From positions 1 to 52,595 of the IMG/VR virus record IMGVR_UViG_3300020438_002387: 52,595 nt of DNA; one strand, 5' to 3'. How positions within the stretch are numbered: position 1 is the stretch's first letter; each line of letters begins with the position of its first letter. The notes under the pieces are model-generated. The model ran no database searches. It worked only from the letters and a program-made list of their open reading frames with translations, and was not told where the DNA came from. The stretch is from a virus. Lineage: Duplodnaviria > Caudoviricetes. Shown here in pieces: positions 28,533-38,174 of this stretch. A program made the position numbers and the translations under genes.

Positions 28533-28580
28533 ATTTATCAGGACTAAGTTAACTGCACACTTTTCTTGGTAAATATTAAG

Positions 28581-29261
28581 ATGGAACTATACTTAAAGGA
28601 ATCGTGGAGTCGAATAGGCATTAGTCTTAGTGGCGGAGCTGACAGTGCAATACTTGCTTATTTAATATGTAAAAATGTAAGTACAACTACAGATATACAT
28701 TTTACTTCGCAAATACGCTGCTGGAAGACAAGGCCATGGCAAGGTCCTGTTGCCGACGGAGTAATCGATTGGTTTAAAAATAGGTTTGATAATAACTTTA
28801 CAGTACATAAAAACTTGGTGCCGCCCGAATTAGAAGAACCAACCGATTATCTTATTAAAGATGAGTACGGTAAAATGAAATCAGGTAATAGGATTATACT
28901 ACGTTCGCATAACGAATATATTGCACACCAATACAACTTAGATGCATTATACGGTGGCGTAAATATGAATCCAGATATAGATATTCCTGGCAAGGTTGCA
29001 GAACGTGACCAAGGGCATTTACTACCTCATTTTGTACATAACGGGGTTGACATTTGTCATCCTTTCGTGTATACTAAAAAGGATTGGATTATACGGCAGT
29101 ACTACGAAAACAATATCGTAGACTTATTAAATCTTACTCGTAGTTGCGAAGGAGAGTTTGAGGGTTTGGATTATACTACATATATACCAGGACAACATGT
29201 GCCAGAATGTGGAGAATGTTTTTGGTGCAAAGAACGTCAGTGGGGAATAGATAATGTCTAA
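28581..29261 (+). CDS. QueC-like PP-loop ATPase (paralog of 19915)
   Basis: ISLSGGADS; TRSCE…ECGECFWCKER. Confidence 0.75.
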   Translation: MELYLKESWSRIGISLSGGADSAILAYLICKNVSTTTDIHFTSQIRCWKTRPWQGPVADGVIDWFKNRFDNNFTVHKNLVPPELEEPTDYLIKDEYGKMKSGNRIILRSHNEYIAHQYNLDALYGGVNMNPDIDIPGKVAERDQGHLLPHFVHNGVDICHPFVYTKKDWIIRQYYENNIVDLLNLTRSCEGEFEGLDYTTYIPGQHVPECGECFWCKERQWGIDNV

Positions 29262-30519
29262 AAGTTGTACATTCTGTATGCATCCTTTTACTGGACTTGC
29301 TACACGAGAAGATGGTGCTATTAAAGTTTGTTGCCGTAGTCAACCTGTTGGCTGGATACAAGATGAAACATTAGAAGAAGTTTGGAATGGCGATGCTATG
29401 CGTGAAGTACGCAGACAAGTGCTTAATAACGAACGTCCAGTAGTGTGCAAACCATGCTTTGACTTAGAAGATCAGGGTGTTGAGAGCTTACGACAGCGTC
29501 ATACAGCAGGAGTAATACCTGAAGCTAGGGTCAACTTATACCCTGATGCCCTTGACGCTTTAGAAGACGATTATAGCATGCCTTTTGAGTTTCCTACAAT
29601 GGAAATCAAGCTCAACAACTTATGCAATTTGAAGTGTCGTATGTGTAATCCTTTAGATAGTACAAGTTGGAAGGATTGGAACCAAGTTACAGAATTTTAT
29701 AAAAAAGAAAATAATTATCTTATACCAACTGTTGACGCTCTAGTAGACAAACCAGGACAATATATTGGTCCTTTTGATAATAGTGATAACTGGTGGACAA
29801 GTTTTGAAAAACTACTACCGTTCTTTAGACGTGTAGAATTTGCAGGTGGCGAACCTCTAATGGATCCATACCATTATAAGATACTAGATCGTCTTGCAGA
29901 GTACGGTGAGAATATAGAACTAAAGTATGCTACAAACGGTACTACGCTTGGTATAAAGGGCGGACGTACTATACACGACTATTGGCCTAAGTTTAAAAGC
30001 ATTGCTGTAAACGTAAGCATAGACGGTGTGTACGACACGTATGAATATATTAGAGGCAACGGTAAGTTTAGTACAATAGAAGAAAACATTGAAATATTTA
30101 AGAGCTTTCCTAATGTAAGTAGAGTAGTAGGTGCATTTACTGTACAAGCAAATAATATAATGCAGATAGACAAAGTTATTGATCACTTTATTAATAAAAT
30201 GGGCATTGTGTTTTATTCACACAGAGTAAACTATCCTATGAGTCTAAGTGCGCAGGTATTGCCGCCAGAACTAAAACAAAAAGTAATAGCACGTTTAGAA
30301 CAAATGAAAACAGAAGTATTAGAATATCCAATGGTTAAACAACACAAACTATTAAAAACTGTAACACTACAACAGATACAAGATAATATTAATTTCTTAG
30401 AAGCAAAGTGTATGCACGAAACGCATTGGCAAGATTGTATAGAGTTTAACAAGCGTTTAGACAAAACTCGTGGACAAGACTTTCTTGCAGCTAATCCGGA
30501 GTTTGCAGCATATGTTTAA
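29254..30519 (+). CDS. radical SAM enzyme with N-terminal SPASM/twitch-like domain
   Basis: FCMHPF…DG.IKVCC…CKPC; CNLKCRMC; AGGEP; TNG. Confidence 0.9.
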   Translation: MSKSCTFCMHPFTGLATREDGAIKVCCRSQPVGWIQDETLEEVWNGDAMREVRRQVLNNERPVVCKPCFDLEDQGVESLRQRHTAGVIPEARVNLYPDALDALEDDYSMPFEFPTMEIKLNNLCNLKCRMCNPLDSTSWKDWNQVTEFYKKENNYLIPTVDALVDKPGQYIGPFDNSDNWWTSFEKLLPFFRRVEFAGGEPLMDPYHYKILDRLAEYGENIELKYATNGTTLGIKGGRTIHDYWPKFKSIAVNVSIDGVYDTYEYIRGNGKFSTIEENIEIFKSFPNVSRVVGAFTVQANNIMQIDKVIDHFINKMGIVFYSHRVNYPMSLSAQVLPPELKQKVIARLEQMKTEVLEYPMVKQHKLLKTVTLQQIQDNINFLEAKCMHETHWQDCIEFNKRLDKTRGQDFLAANPEFAAYV

Positions 30520-31420
30520 AGTAGAAAATCGGTGGGGGCATCACACTAGTATTCATGTAGAATGGAATATAGGTAAACGATGTAATTTAGATTGCGGATA
30601 CTGTCCTGCAGAAATACACGATAACTTTAGCCCACATACTGACTTAGATGTTATGGTTAATGCTATCTACGAATTAGAAAAAATTGGCAAACCTATACGC
30701 CTAAGTTTAACTGGCGGTGAGCCTACTGTACATCCAAAGATAGAAAAAATAATAGAATGTGCAAAAGCAAGATTACAATGGCTTAGTATTACTACCAACG
30801 CACTTCGTATGCCTGAGTGGTATGCAAAGCAGCCGGTAGACCAATGGGTGTTTAGTTTGCACTTTGATAACGAACATAGTCAGCGGGCAGCTGAAAATAT
30901 TGTTTATTATAGCCAGTTGTTAGACATGCACAGTAAAGATACTAAATTTCAAGTAAATCTAATGTGTCATCATGAACATATGGATAAAGTTCGTCAAGCT
31001 GCACAGTTGTTAGAAGGCCATAACATTCCTTATGTGTGTCGACGTATACGTTGGACTGAAGCTGAAGATCGAGATTATTTTGATGACATGCGTTATAAAG
31101 AAAAAGATTTAGAATGGATATTAAGTAAAAAATCAACAGTAAAGGCAAATTGTGTTGTAGATGACAAAGACCTAATACATGCAAATGATGTAATTAAACA
31201 TAAACTAAATGCGTTCGAAGGTTGGAGCTGTAATGCAGGACTAGAAAGTTTAATGGTCAACTGGGACGGTGATGTACATCGTGCTACGTGTAGAGTAGGC
31301 GGTAGTTTAGGTAATATTTACAAAGGAACTTTTGAATCTCCTGTTGCTCCTATTATATGTACACGCAAATGGTGTACATGTGTCGCCGACATTTCGTTAA
31401 CTAAGGTTTCCATTTCGTAA
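30512..31420 (+). CDS. radical SAM enzyme with C-terminal twitch/SPASM-like Cys cluster
   Basis: CNLDCGYC; TGGEP; WSCNAG…C…ICTRKWCTC. Confidence 0.9.
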   Translation: MFKVENRWGHHTSIHVEWNIGKRCNLDCGYCPAEIHDNFSPHTDLDVMVNAIYELEKIGKPIRLSLTGGEPTVHPKIEKIIECAKARLQWLSITTNALRMPEWYAKQPVDQWVFSLHFDNEHSQRAAENIVYYSQLLDMHSKDTKFQVNLMCHHEHMDKVRQAAQLLEGHNIPYVCRRIRWTEAEDRDYFDDMRYKEKDLEWILSKKSTVKANCVVDDKDLIHANDVIKHKLNAFEGWSCNAGLESLMVNWDGDVHRATCRVGGSLGNIYKGTFESPVAPIICTRKWCTCVADISLTKVSIS

Positions 31421-32423
31421 TATGTGTATCTGGCTGACAGCCACAACAGTCAAATGGACATTTAATTGTTGATAATTCAAAAGATGCTCTATTAAATTCT
31501 TGTTCAAATGTTTCTGAAAATAAGTTTATATTGTAATCTTCAAATAATTCAGCATTACAACTACCTTTTACTGTACCATCAAATGTAATAACTAAATTTT
31601 CTAAAGCAACATTACAATTCCAATCTTTGTAATAATTAGTTTTTTCATTTATGTAATCGCCAGTTCTTTTAGTTTCTACAGTATCATCGTTGTACAATGC
31701 TACACTATCATGTATTCTGAACAAATGCATATTATCCATTAAAAATTTTGTATCTGGTAGTCTTTTTATATCTTGTTTCATGTAGTTAGATTGCTCGTCA
31801 GTATAACTTAAATTATCTTTACCAGAGAATGAAACTATAGGCTTAGCTTCAATAAACCAAGGACATTTACTAGTTTGTAATTTATCAATTATACTTTTAC
31901 ATTTATCAAAATATTCAGCATCCATTAATACTAAAGCGGTGCAAGAAATATTATTAGAATACAAATAATCTAATACTTCGATAGTATGATCTATATCTGC
32001 AAATTCGTGATGTACACTCAGTGTGACTTTATCAACATACTTGCCGTTTTCCTTCCACCAGCGCATAGACCTACTACCATTAGTAGTTACTGTAAGCTCT
32101 ACATTATGATTGTTTCTAATGCTTTCGCAAAATTTAGCAAAGTGAGGCCACATTGTTGGCTCTCCTCCGCCTACTAAATTAATGTCAAATTTCTTTTTAT
32201 TGTATTTGGTTGCATACATATCAAAAAGTATAGTAAAGTTTTTTACTACAGTGTCAACATTTTTTGGATATCTATAAACAGCATCCTTACTTCCAGGAAA
32301 ACAATATGTGCAATTAAAATTGCATATGTCAGTTGGCCAAAATCTTATATCTAAAATATCTTTTGGTTGTAGACTTATTATTCTTTGTGGCTGTGTGCCT
32401 ATGATTGTTATTGGCTGTGTCAT
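31401..32423 (-). CDS. radical SAM enzyme (paralog of 30512)
   Basis: CNFNCTYC; GGGEP; WNCN…GSC…CPFDCCGC. Confidence 0.9.
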   Translation of the reverse strand: MTQPITIIGTQPQRIISLQPKDILDIRFWPTDICNFNCTYCFPGSKDAVYRYPKNVDTVVKNFTILFDMYATKYNKKKFDINLVGGGEPTMWPHFAKFCESIRNNHNVELTVTTNGSRSMRWWKENGKYVDKVTLSVHHEFADIDHTIEVLDYLYSNNISCTALVLMDAEYFDKCKSIIDKLQTSKCPWFIEAKPIVSFSGKDNLSYTDEQSNYMKQDIKRLPDTKFLMDNMHLFRIHDSVALYNDDTVETKRTGDYINEKTNYYKDWNCNVALENLVITFDGTVKGSCNAELFEDYNINLFSETFEQEFNRASFELSTIKCPFDCCGCQPDTHITKWKP

Positions 32424-33817
32424 AGCAAGTGTGCCAATTCTGGAAATACTTTTGCTGCATTTAAATTGCGTATTGCATCAAGTTTGTTTGTATATTCTTT
32501 AAAGCCCGGCAACAAGTGACTATTATCCTGTGCGTTCATATGATTAAGAACTGCTTCCCAACGTTTCCATCCGTAAGGATTGTGTTTCCAATAATCGTCG
32601 TCTTGTCTATAGTTGTTCCACAGCCAGTCCTTAAAGTCCATAAAACGTTCTTTAACTTCTTGCTTGTCGTGTTCTGGCAATATTTGAATACTAAGGAAAG
32701 TCGGAATGTACAGTAAGTGCATATTAACTAATCCGCCTCCCATTTGTACACCGCCCGGAACTGTACCGTTGTTTAGTTTTTTAAATCCGCTTTCAAGTTT
32801 CCATTTCATAAAGTCAGGCAAATGCTTTACGTTGAATATTTGTATTGCTGTTGCTAAACTTGTTTGTATATTGTCAGGAGTGTTATCAAGCATATGTAAA
32901 GTTTTTTCTACAGTTTCAAAGTCTGTAGGGAATCGTATGTATTCATCGCGTCCGTGGCTAGCATCCATACTAATAGCAAACTTTACTTTTTTAAACTTTG
33001 ACCATAACTCAATTAAATCTTCGTCTACTAGTAAACCGTTTGAATTATAACGTAACAATATCTTGTCTTGATAACCTTGTCTAATAATTTCTTCAATAAA
33101 CATTTTGTGTTCTTTGATCATTAGAGGCTCACCGCCTGCAAAATACACTTGTCTTAGGTTAGGAATTTGTGCATACATTTCTTCCCAGAATGTATCTTTC
33201 TCGTGCCACTTGTTATTGAATGTACTTTTATCAAATTGCATTTGCCTTTTAACTTCTGGGTCTTGTAATACAGGAATAAGTTTTTTATGATCTGCAACCC
33301 ACTTACTCGAATCATGGGGACTACACATCACACATTTAATATTACAAGTATGACCCAATCTTAGATCAAGATAAACTAACTCTTCTGGCACTGTACCGTC
33401 TGCTTGTGTTTGCTCAATTAAGTACGGAATATCTACTCCGTCTTCATCACGATGCCAAGTACCTGTTTCCCATATTCGTTTACTAACTATACCAACTTTT
33501 TCTTCTTGAAAACACTTTGTGCAACTTGCAGGTATTTCTCCTCGAAGCATAGTAGTACGTACACTTTTCATGTACTCATTATTCCACGCTTCCATTGGTG
33601 TTTCTCTACCAAAGTTTGCCGGCTGTCCGTCTTCCATCTTTACTAAGCCAATTTCATGGTCGCCGGTTACTGCTCCGCTGGCGTTTGCACTACAGCACAA
33701 CCGCATATCGCCGTTAGGACGAGTAGCAAAGTGTATCCAGGGCAATACGCAAAATGTAGGTGTGCCGCTTACTTTTGCTATCTCGGCTTGATATTTTTCT
33801 AAATCAGACATTGACAT
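32420..33817 (-). CDS. radical SAM enzyme with N-terminal SPASM-like domain (paralog of 29254)
   Basis: FCVLPW…GDMRLCC…CTKC; CNIKCVMC; AGGEP. Confidence 0.9.
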   Translation of the reverse strand: MSMSDLEKYQAEIAKVSGTPTFCVLPWIHFATRPNGDMRLCCSANASGAVTGDHEIGLVKMEDGQPANFGRETPMEAWNNEYMKSVRTTMLRGEIPASCTKCFQEEKVGIVSKRIWETGTWHRDEDGVDIPYLIEQTQADGTVPEELVYLDLRLGHTCNIKCVMCSPHDSSKWVADHKKLIPVLQDPEVKRQMQFDKSTFNNKWHEKDTFWEEMYAQIPNLRQVYFAGGEPLMIKEHKMFIEEIIRQGYQDKILLRYNSNGLLVDEDLIELWSKFKKVKFAISMDASHGRDEYIRFPTDFETVEKTLHMLDNTPDNIQTSLATAIQIFNVKHLPDFMKWKLESGFKKLNNGTVPGGVQMGGGLVNMHLLYIPTFLSIQILPEHDKQEVKERFMDFKDWLWNNYRQDDDYWKHNPYGWKRWEAVLNHMNAQDNSHLLPGFKEYTNKLDAIRNLNAAKVFPELAHLL

Positions 33818-34862
33818 ATTGCTCCATTGCAGAACTAGTTGGGGTATTACATTTACCGCAAAATTTAGCACATACTATCATATTTTTATTATGCCAAGAT
33901 TGGTGCCATGCTGAAATCCATTTAGGATCTTGTATAATAGCCCGGATTGATCTGTTTAATGTATTTATTTTTGTTTGACCACCCATTAATTTAATTATAG
34001 CGTTGTGTTCTTGTTTTGCTCTTAGATGAGCATTGTATAATATGTCTTCTTTTTTAAAGTAATCATAAGGAATTGCAGCAGTATAACAACAAGGATATAA
34101 ATCTTTATGACAATCTATATAAATTTGTTTATATTTGTTTGTTTCACACTCGATGTCTACATTTGTATTATAGAACTCTTCGATAGCATTTTCTGTTAAA
34201 GAGATTACTTGAGTTTTGCTACTCGGATTCAATGTATACAGTACATTACCTAACTTGTCAACGACTTTTTGAGTATTATTTTTAAATCTATTACTATCTT
34301 TTAGAGAAAAGTTTTTGAACCCAAGTTTTTTAGATAGCTCTTTAGCAGCATCTACTTGGTGTTCGTTATGCTGAAATCTAATCATGGCCCATTCTGCTGT
34401 GCCGCCTGCATTTATGAATGCAGTTGCGTTCTGAATAATTTTATTATAGTCTGTGCCAATTCTATACATTGAATGCGTATCTTCTAAACCATCAATTGCA
34501 AATATGATGTTATGATCTTTAGGAACAACTTTTGCTAGTTCTGTCCACCAATCTGTTGTTTTGGCGCCACCATTTGTATGTATATTCAATTGTATATTAG
34601 TATGCGTTAACTCCTTACACATATCTAAAAAGTTATTATTAACAATACAATCACCAAAATTACCAATAAACGTTAAAACATCAATTTGTTGTAAAACTTC
34701 AGGAGTAATTATTTTGCGAAAATCGTCCAAAGTCCAATCATTTAATACTAAATTTGGATTAGGAAGTCCTCCGCAATAGTTTCTAGAACACATAGGACAC
34801 GATGCTTGACACCTGTTAGTAATCTCTAAATATATTGTTTTTAATTCATCAAATGCTAACAC
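33804..34862 (-). CDS. radical SAM enzyme with C-terminal SPASM/twitch
   Basis: CQASCPMC; GNFGD; HTNG; YPCC…CAKFC. Confidence 0.9.
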   Translation of the reverse strand: MLAFDELKTIYLEITNRCQASCPMCSRNYCGGLPNPNLVLNDWTLDDFRKIITPEVLQQIDVLTFIGNFGDCIVNNNFLDMCKELTHTNIQLNIHTNGGAKTTDWWTELAKVVPKDHNIIFAIDGLEDTHSMYRIGTDYNKIIQNATAFINAGGTAEWAMIRFQHNEHQVDAAKELSKKLGFKNFSLKDSNRFKNNTQKVVDKLGNVLYTLNPSSKTQVISLTENAIEEFYNTNVDIECETNKYKQIYIDCHKDLYPCCYTAAIPYDYFKKEDILYNAHLRAKQEHNAIIKLMGGQTKINTLNRSIRAIIQDPKWISAWHQSWHNKNMIVCAKFCGKCNTPTSSAMEQYVNV

Positions 34863-35461
34863 TTTTTCTTTCCAATAATCATATAACGTGTGTATTTAGG
34901 TGTTTCAAACTCTCCTGCCCATAATACATTAATATCAGACACGTGCTTAAAATCTTCTAAATCTGTAGCACAATTAATATGTTCTTCTAGTTCAAAGTAG
35001 TTATTACTTTGTAATACAATTAAGGCATCGTCTGGCTGATTGTTTAACCATTGTTCGTACTGTTCTTGTGTAATGTGTTCGCAACTAGTGTTTATAACTA
35101 CATCAGCAGGTTGGGTATACTTGCACATGTCTGCTGTTACAGCATTAAACTTTTTTTCTATTTCATATCGTCTGTTTACTGTACAAGCAATATCTTTGCA
35201 CACAGGGTCTATGTCTACGCTTGTAATGCTGTTTAACGGTAGGTGACTGTTAAACAGTATACTTGCCAACACTCCGTTCCAGCCACCGTATATGACTATG
35301 TTATTCTGCTTTGTCTTAGGTATTATACTATATAATTCTTTTGCTAACCAAACTTTGCTGTTTACTTGGCCTTTCCAAAAACTTTCAAGTGTGCGGTATT
35401 GATCATCACTGTTTCGAATTGCATCCATCCAAAATAGCACGTCTTCAATATCAACTTTCAT
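34856..35461 (-). CDS. class I SAM-dependent methyltransferase-like protein
   Basis: IYGGWNG, SVDID, TADM, VINTSCEH. Confidence 0.7.
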   Translation of the reverse strand: MKVDIEDVLFWMDAIRNSDDQYRTLESFWKGQVNSKVWLAKELYSIIPKTKQNNIVIYGGWNGVLASILFNSHLPLNSITSVDIDPVCKDIACTVNRRYEIEKKFNAVTADMCKYTQPADVVINTSCEHITQEQYEQWLNNQPDDALIVLQSNNYFELEEHINCATDLEDFKHVSDINVLWAGEFETPKYTRYMIIGKKKC

Positions 35462-36654
35462 GTTATTTCCTCTAATGCATTGAAAACTTTTGAAAATTCA
35501 TTTGCGCTCGAGTTAGCCGCATCACTAATATAATGATCTCTGTTATGTAACAGTTTAGGTGTGATTAATTTGTAAATATCTTGTTTTTCATTGTATGATA
35601 ATTTTGAAAAATTATTAACATTATCAATAACTTTATTAATTCTAGTTACAGGATCTAATTCAGAATCATAACTTTCGTCAAACATTTCTTCAAAAGTATA
35701 ATAACCTCGTTCTCTTAATAAATGTAATGTATTTGGTGCACCAATAATTATAAAAGGGTGTAAGTTTAGAATAGGTTTGTACATTTTTTCTGTAATAAAT
35801 CTATTTACTAAAGTAGTTTCGCTAATTATACTAAAAAATGTACTTGTATAATGAAACAATTCTGTATTATGTATGTTATCCTGAGAAAATTTATCAGCAG
35901 GCATATCTAAAATCATTGGTTTAAATGCTTCTACAAAGTTAGTTAAGTGTTTAGATCCAAGGTTATAGCGTTCTAAAATTATTAAACAATCATTTAAAGA
36001 ATATGTACCATTAGTATGTTCGGATGCTGTTAAGCTAACTAAATTGTTTTCTAAGATTTCTAGACGATCGAGCTCAGAGACTGCATACAATCTATGAGGT
36101 CTTAGTTTACCATTGTAAAATAAAAAGTCATGTTTTTTTTCTAAATCAATTGAATCATTAGTCGTTGTTACATTTTCATAATAATTGCCTGCAAAATAAT
36201 CTATTCCTATAGGAGTGAGAAAACTATTAAGATTATGTTCTTTTAAGAAAATTTTATAATTAACTAGAATGTCAGGATCGCCGAATACAAATAATATATT
36301 AGCATTTAGTAAATTATTTTTTTGTAAATTTTTATAGATGTTTAAAAACCAGTCTTCTAACGAATGTCCTTCCCTAGGATAGTATAACATAATAGAAAGT
36401 CCTGCTTTAAACAAGTTTTTAGTATGTTGGGGTATTCTAGAAAATATATCTACATCTGCGTGTACATTGTGTAGTTCAATTACGTAGACATTAGTTTTTG
36501 TATTATCTAATTGTTCAGTTGTTTGTTTTATAGAAAAATTAATATTGCTACGCGACATCTTTTCTAAAATGGACCTATCAAGATGATAGACAGCATCTTG
36601 AATCAAACAATTGTTTCCTATTAAATTATCATACCATAAAACTATATCAGCCAT
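35458..36654 (-). CDS. putative glycosyltransferase-like protein (ET…TEKxxKP family)
   Basis: FLFYN…R.HR…ISET…ITEKMYKPI…HPFIIIG…DESYD. Confidence 0.5.
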   Translation of the reverse strand: MADIVLWYDNLIGNNCLIQDAVYHLDRSILEKMSRSNINFSIKQTTEQLDNTKTNVYVIELHNVHADVDIFSRIPQHTKNLFKAGLSIMLYYPREGHSLEDWFLNIYKNLQKNNLLNANILFVFGDPDILVNYKIFLKEHNLNSFLTPIGIDYFAGNYYENVTTTNDSIDLEKKHDFLFYNGKLRPHRLYAVSELDRLEILENNLVSLTASEHTNGTYSLNDCLIILERYNLGSKHLTNFVEAFKPMILDMPADKFSQDNIHNTELFHYTSTFFSIISETTLVNRFITEKMYKPILNLHPFIIIGAPNTLHLLRERGYYTFEEMFDESYDSELDPVTRINKVIDNVNNFSKLSYNEKQDIYKLITPKLLHNRDHYISDAANSSANEFSKVFNALEEIT

Positions 36655-37186
36655 TTAAGAATCCACTAATTTGTAGTGTATATTTGTGCGCCATTCCGGC
36701 GTTGGCACTAAGATGCAAATGCTTACTATCCCAAATTAATCCTTCTCCGGCACACCAATGTGTATTGTTGTGCCAACTTTTATCTTTATCTTGATACTGA
36801 ACTAAATGGCCAACTTTCCAATCTTCTAAATATACATTAGCACGTACTTTAAGACGATTGTCATCTGGATATCTCTTGTTTATTTGAAAAAACGTATCTC
36901 TATGTATAGGAATAACATTACCAGGTGGTTGTAGTATAGAACTAACGGTAATAACTTGCATACCAAGTTGTTTACTTAGTTCTTCAAAATCTACCTGCGA
37001 TTGATTAAACCATAATTGACTAATTTCTGTATTTTTACTAGTGTAACTATCTGGGAAGCCGCCATAATCTTTGTGAATATCTTTTAATTCATGTACTTGA
37101 TGCGTAATACAACTACCTCGATGCACACTGTAGTCGGCATTTAAAAATGTACTAAAATTATAATCTAATTTAATTTTTTTAATCAT
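36647..37186 (-). CDS. putative Fe/2OG DSBH oxygenase
   Basis: PIHRD…LHLSANAG…KYTLQI. Confidence 0.7.
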   Translation of the reverse strand: MIKKIKLDYNFSTFLNADYSVHRGSCITHQVHELKDIHKDYGGFPDSYTSKNTEISQLWFNQSQVDFEELSKQLGMQVITVSSILQPPGNVIPIHRDTFFQINKRYPDDNRLKVRANVYLEDWKVGHLVQYQDKDKSWHNNTHWCAGEGLIWDSKHLHLSANAGMAHKYTLQISGFLNG

Positions 37187-38174
37187 TGTGTTTTCTTTTT
37201 GGTATCTTACTATCTGCACTACTAACACAACTATAGGTTATACACTCTTGTGGTGCTTTAAACAGCTCAAATCCTCCGTCTAACGTGCCTAAAGGAGCAT
37301 CATGGCAACTATAGCTACGTTTAACTTCGTTCTCTCGAATAACGCAACCTTGATATCCTGCATTACATTCCCATCCGTGAAACTTATTGAATCCAAATGC
37401 ATTGAAACGTTCTGCTTGATCTAATTCGTATTTTGTACCTTTACTATCATATAGTGCAATTTGTGCTATTTGCTCGCCGTTCCACTTTTGTGGAAATCCT
37501 TGTCGCATTTTTGCGATTTGGTCTTCTGTATATCCGTGTACCACGTAACTGGCGGTTGGATCGGACATTGGCTTGAGAGTAACATTAATACCTCTGGTGG
37601 CAAATCGTTCAAGCCGTTGGTAAAGTTCGTCAAACTGTTCCGGAACCATAACTTGATTAATTGTAACGAATGTTTCATTGTCTATTAATTGGAGACATTT
37701 ATCTCCAAACTCCTGTTCATTTGCAAATTCTGCATGGTAACTTGCTGTTATACTTCTGCGGTGCAGAGTCTTAGTACTTTCTAACCATTTGTTCCACCAT
37801 TTGCTTCCCGGGCTAAGATTGGTCGTCATGTGGATACTTTGGTAATCGGGTGCTGTATCACTACAGTAATGATCTATGATCTCCCCAAAGTACTTATACG
37901 CTGTAGGTTCGCCTCCTGAGAAGCTAAAATGAAAGTCTGTAAACTCGTTTGCACGAGCTTGTGCTTTGATACTATCTAAGGCCTTTAAGTAAATTTCTAA
38001 ATCTTGGTGATCCGGGGTACTAGATCTAGCGTATGGCCAGCAATAACTGCATGAATAATTACAAAATCTAGCCAAAATCCATGAGACCGTGAAAAGATGG
38101 CTCTTAAGCATCGTTTGCTGTCCAAAACTGGTTATATCAGTCCATGGTATTTTGTCGTAACTATTCAAATTCAT
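37179..38174 (-). CDS. radical SAM enzyme (30512/31401 subfamily)
   Basis: CNYSCSYC; SGGEP; WECNAG…SC…CITYSC. Confidence 0.9.
   Translation of the reverse strand: MNLNSYDKIPWTDITSFGQQTMLKSHLFTVSWILARFCNYSCSYCWPYARSSTPDHQDLEIYLKALDSIKAQARANEFTDFHFSFSGGEPTAYKYFGEIIDHYCSDTAPDYQSIHMTTNLSPGSKWWNKWLESTKTLHRRSITASYHAEFANEQEFGDKCLQLIDNETFVTINQVMVPEQFDELYQRLERFATRGINVTLKPMSDPTASYVVHGYTEDQIAKMRQGFPQKWNGEQIAQIALYDSKGTKYELDQAERFNAFGFNKFHGWECNAGYQGCVIRENEVKRSYSCHDAPLGTLDGGFELFKAPQECITYSCVSSADSKIPKRKHND

Noticed and set aside
19915-29261. Assigning the gene symbol queC to the two PP-loop proteins
   Set aside because: Only PP-loop and Zn motifs match; other QueC motifs and genomic context do not
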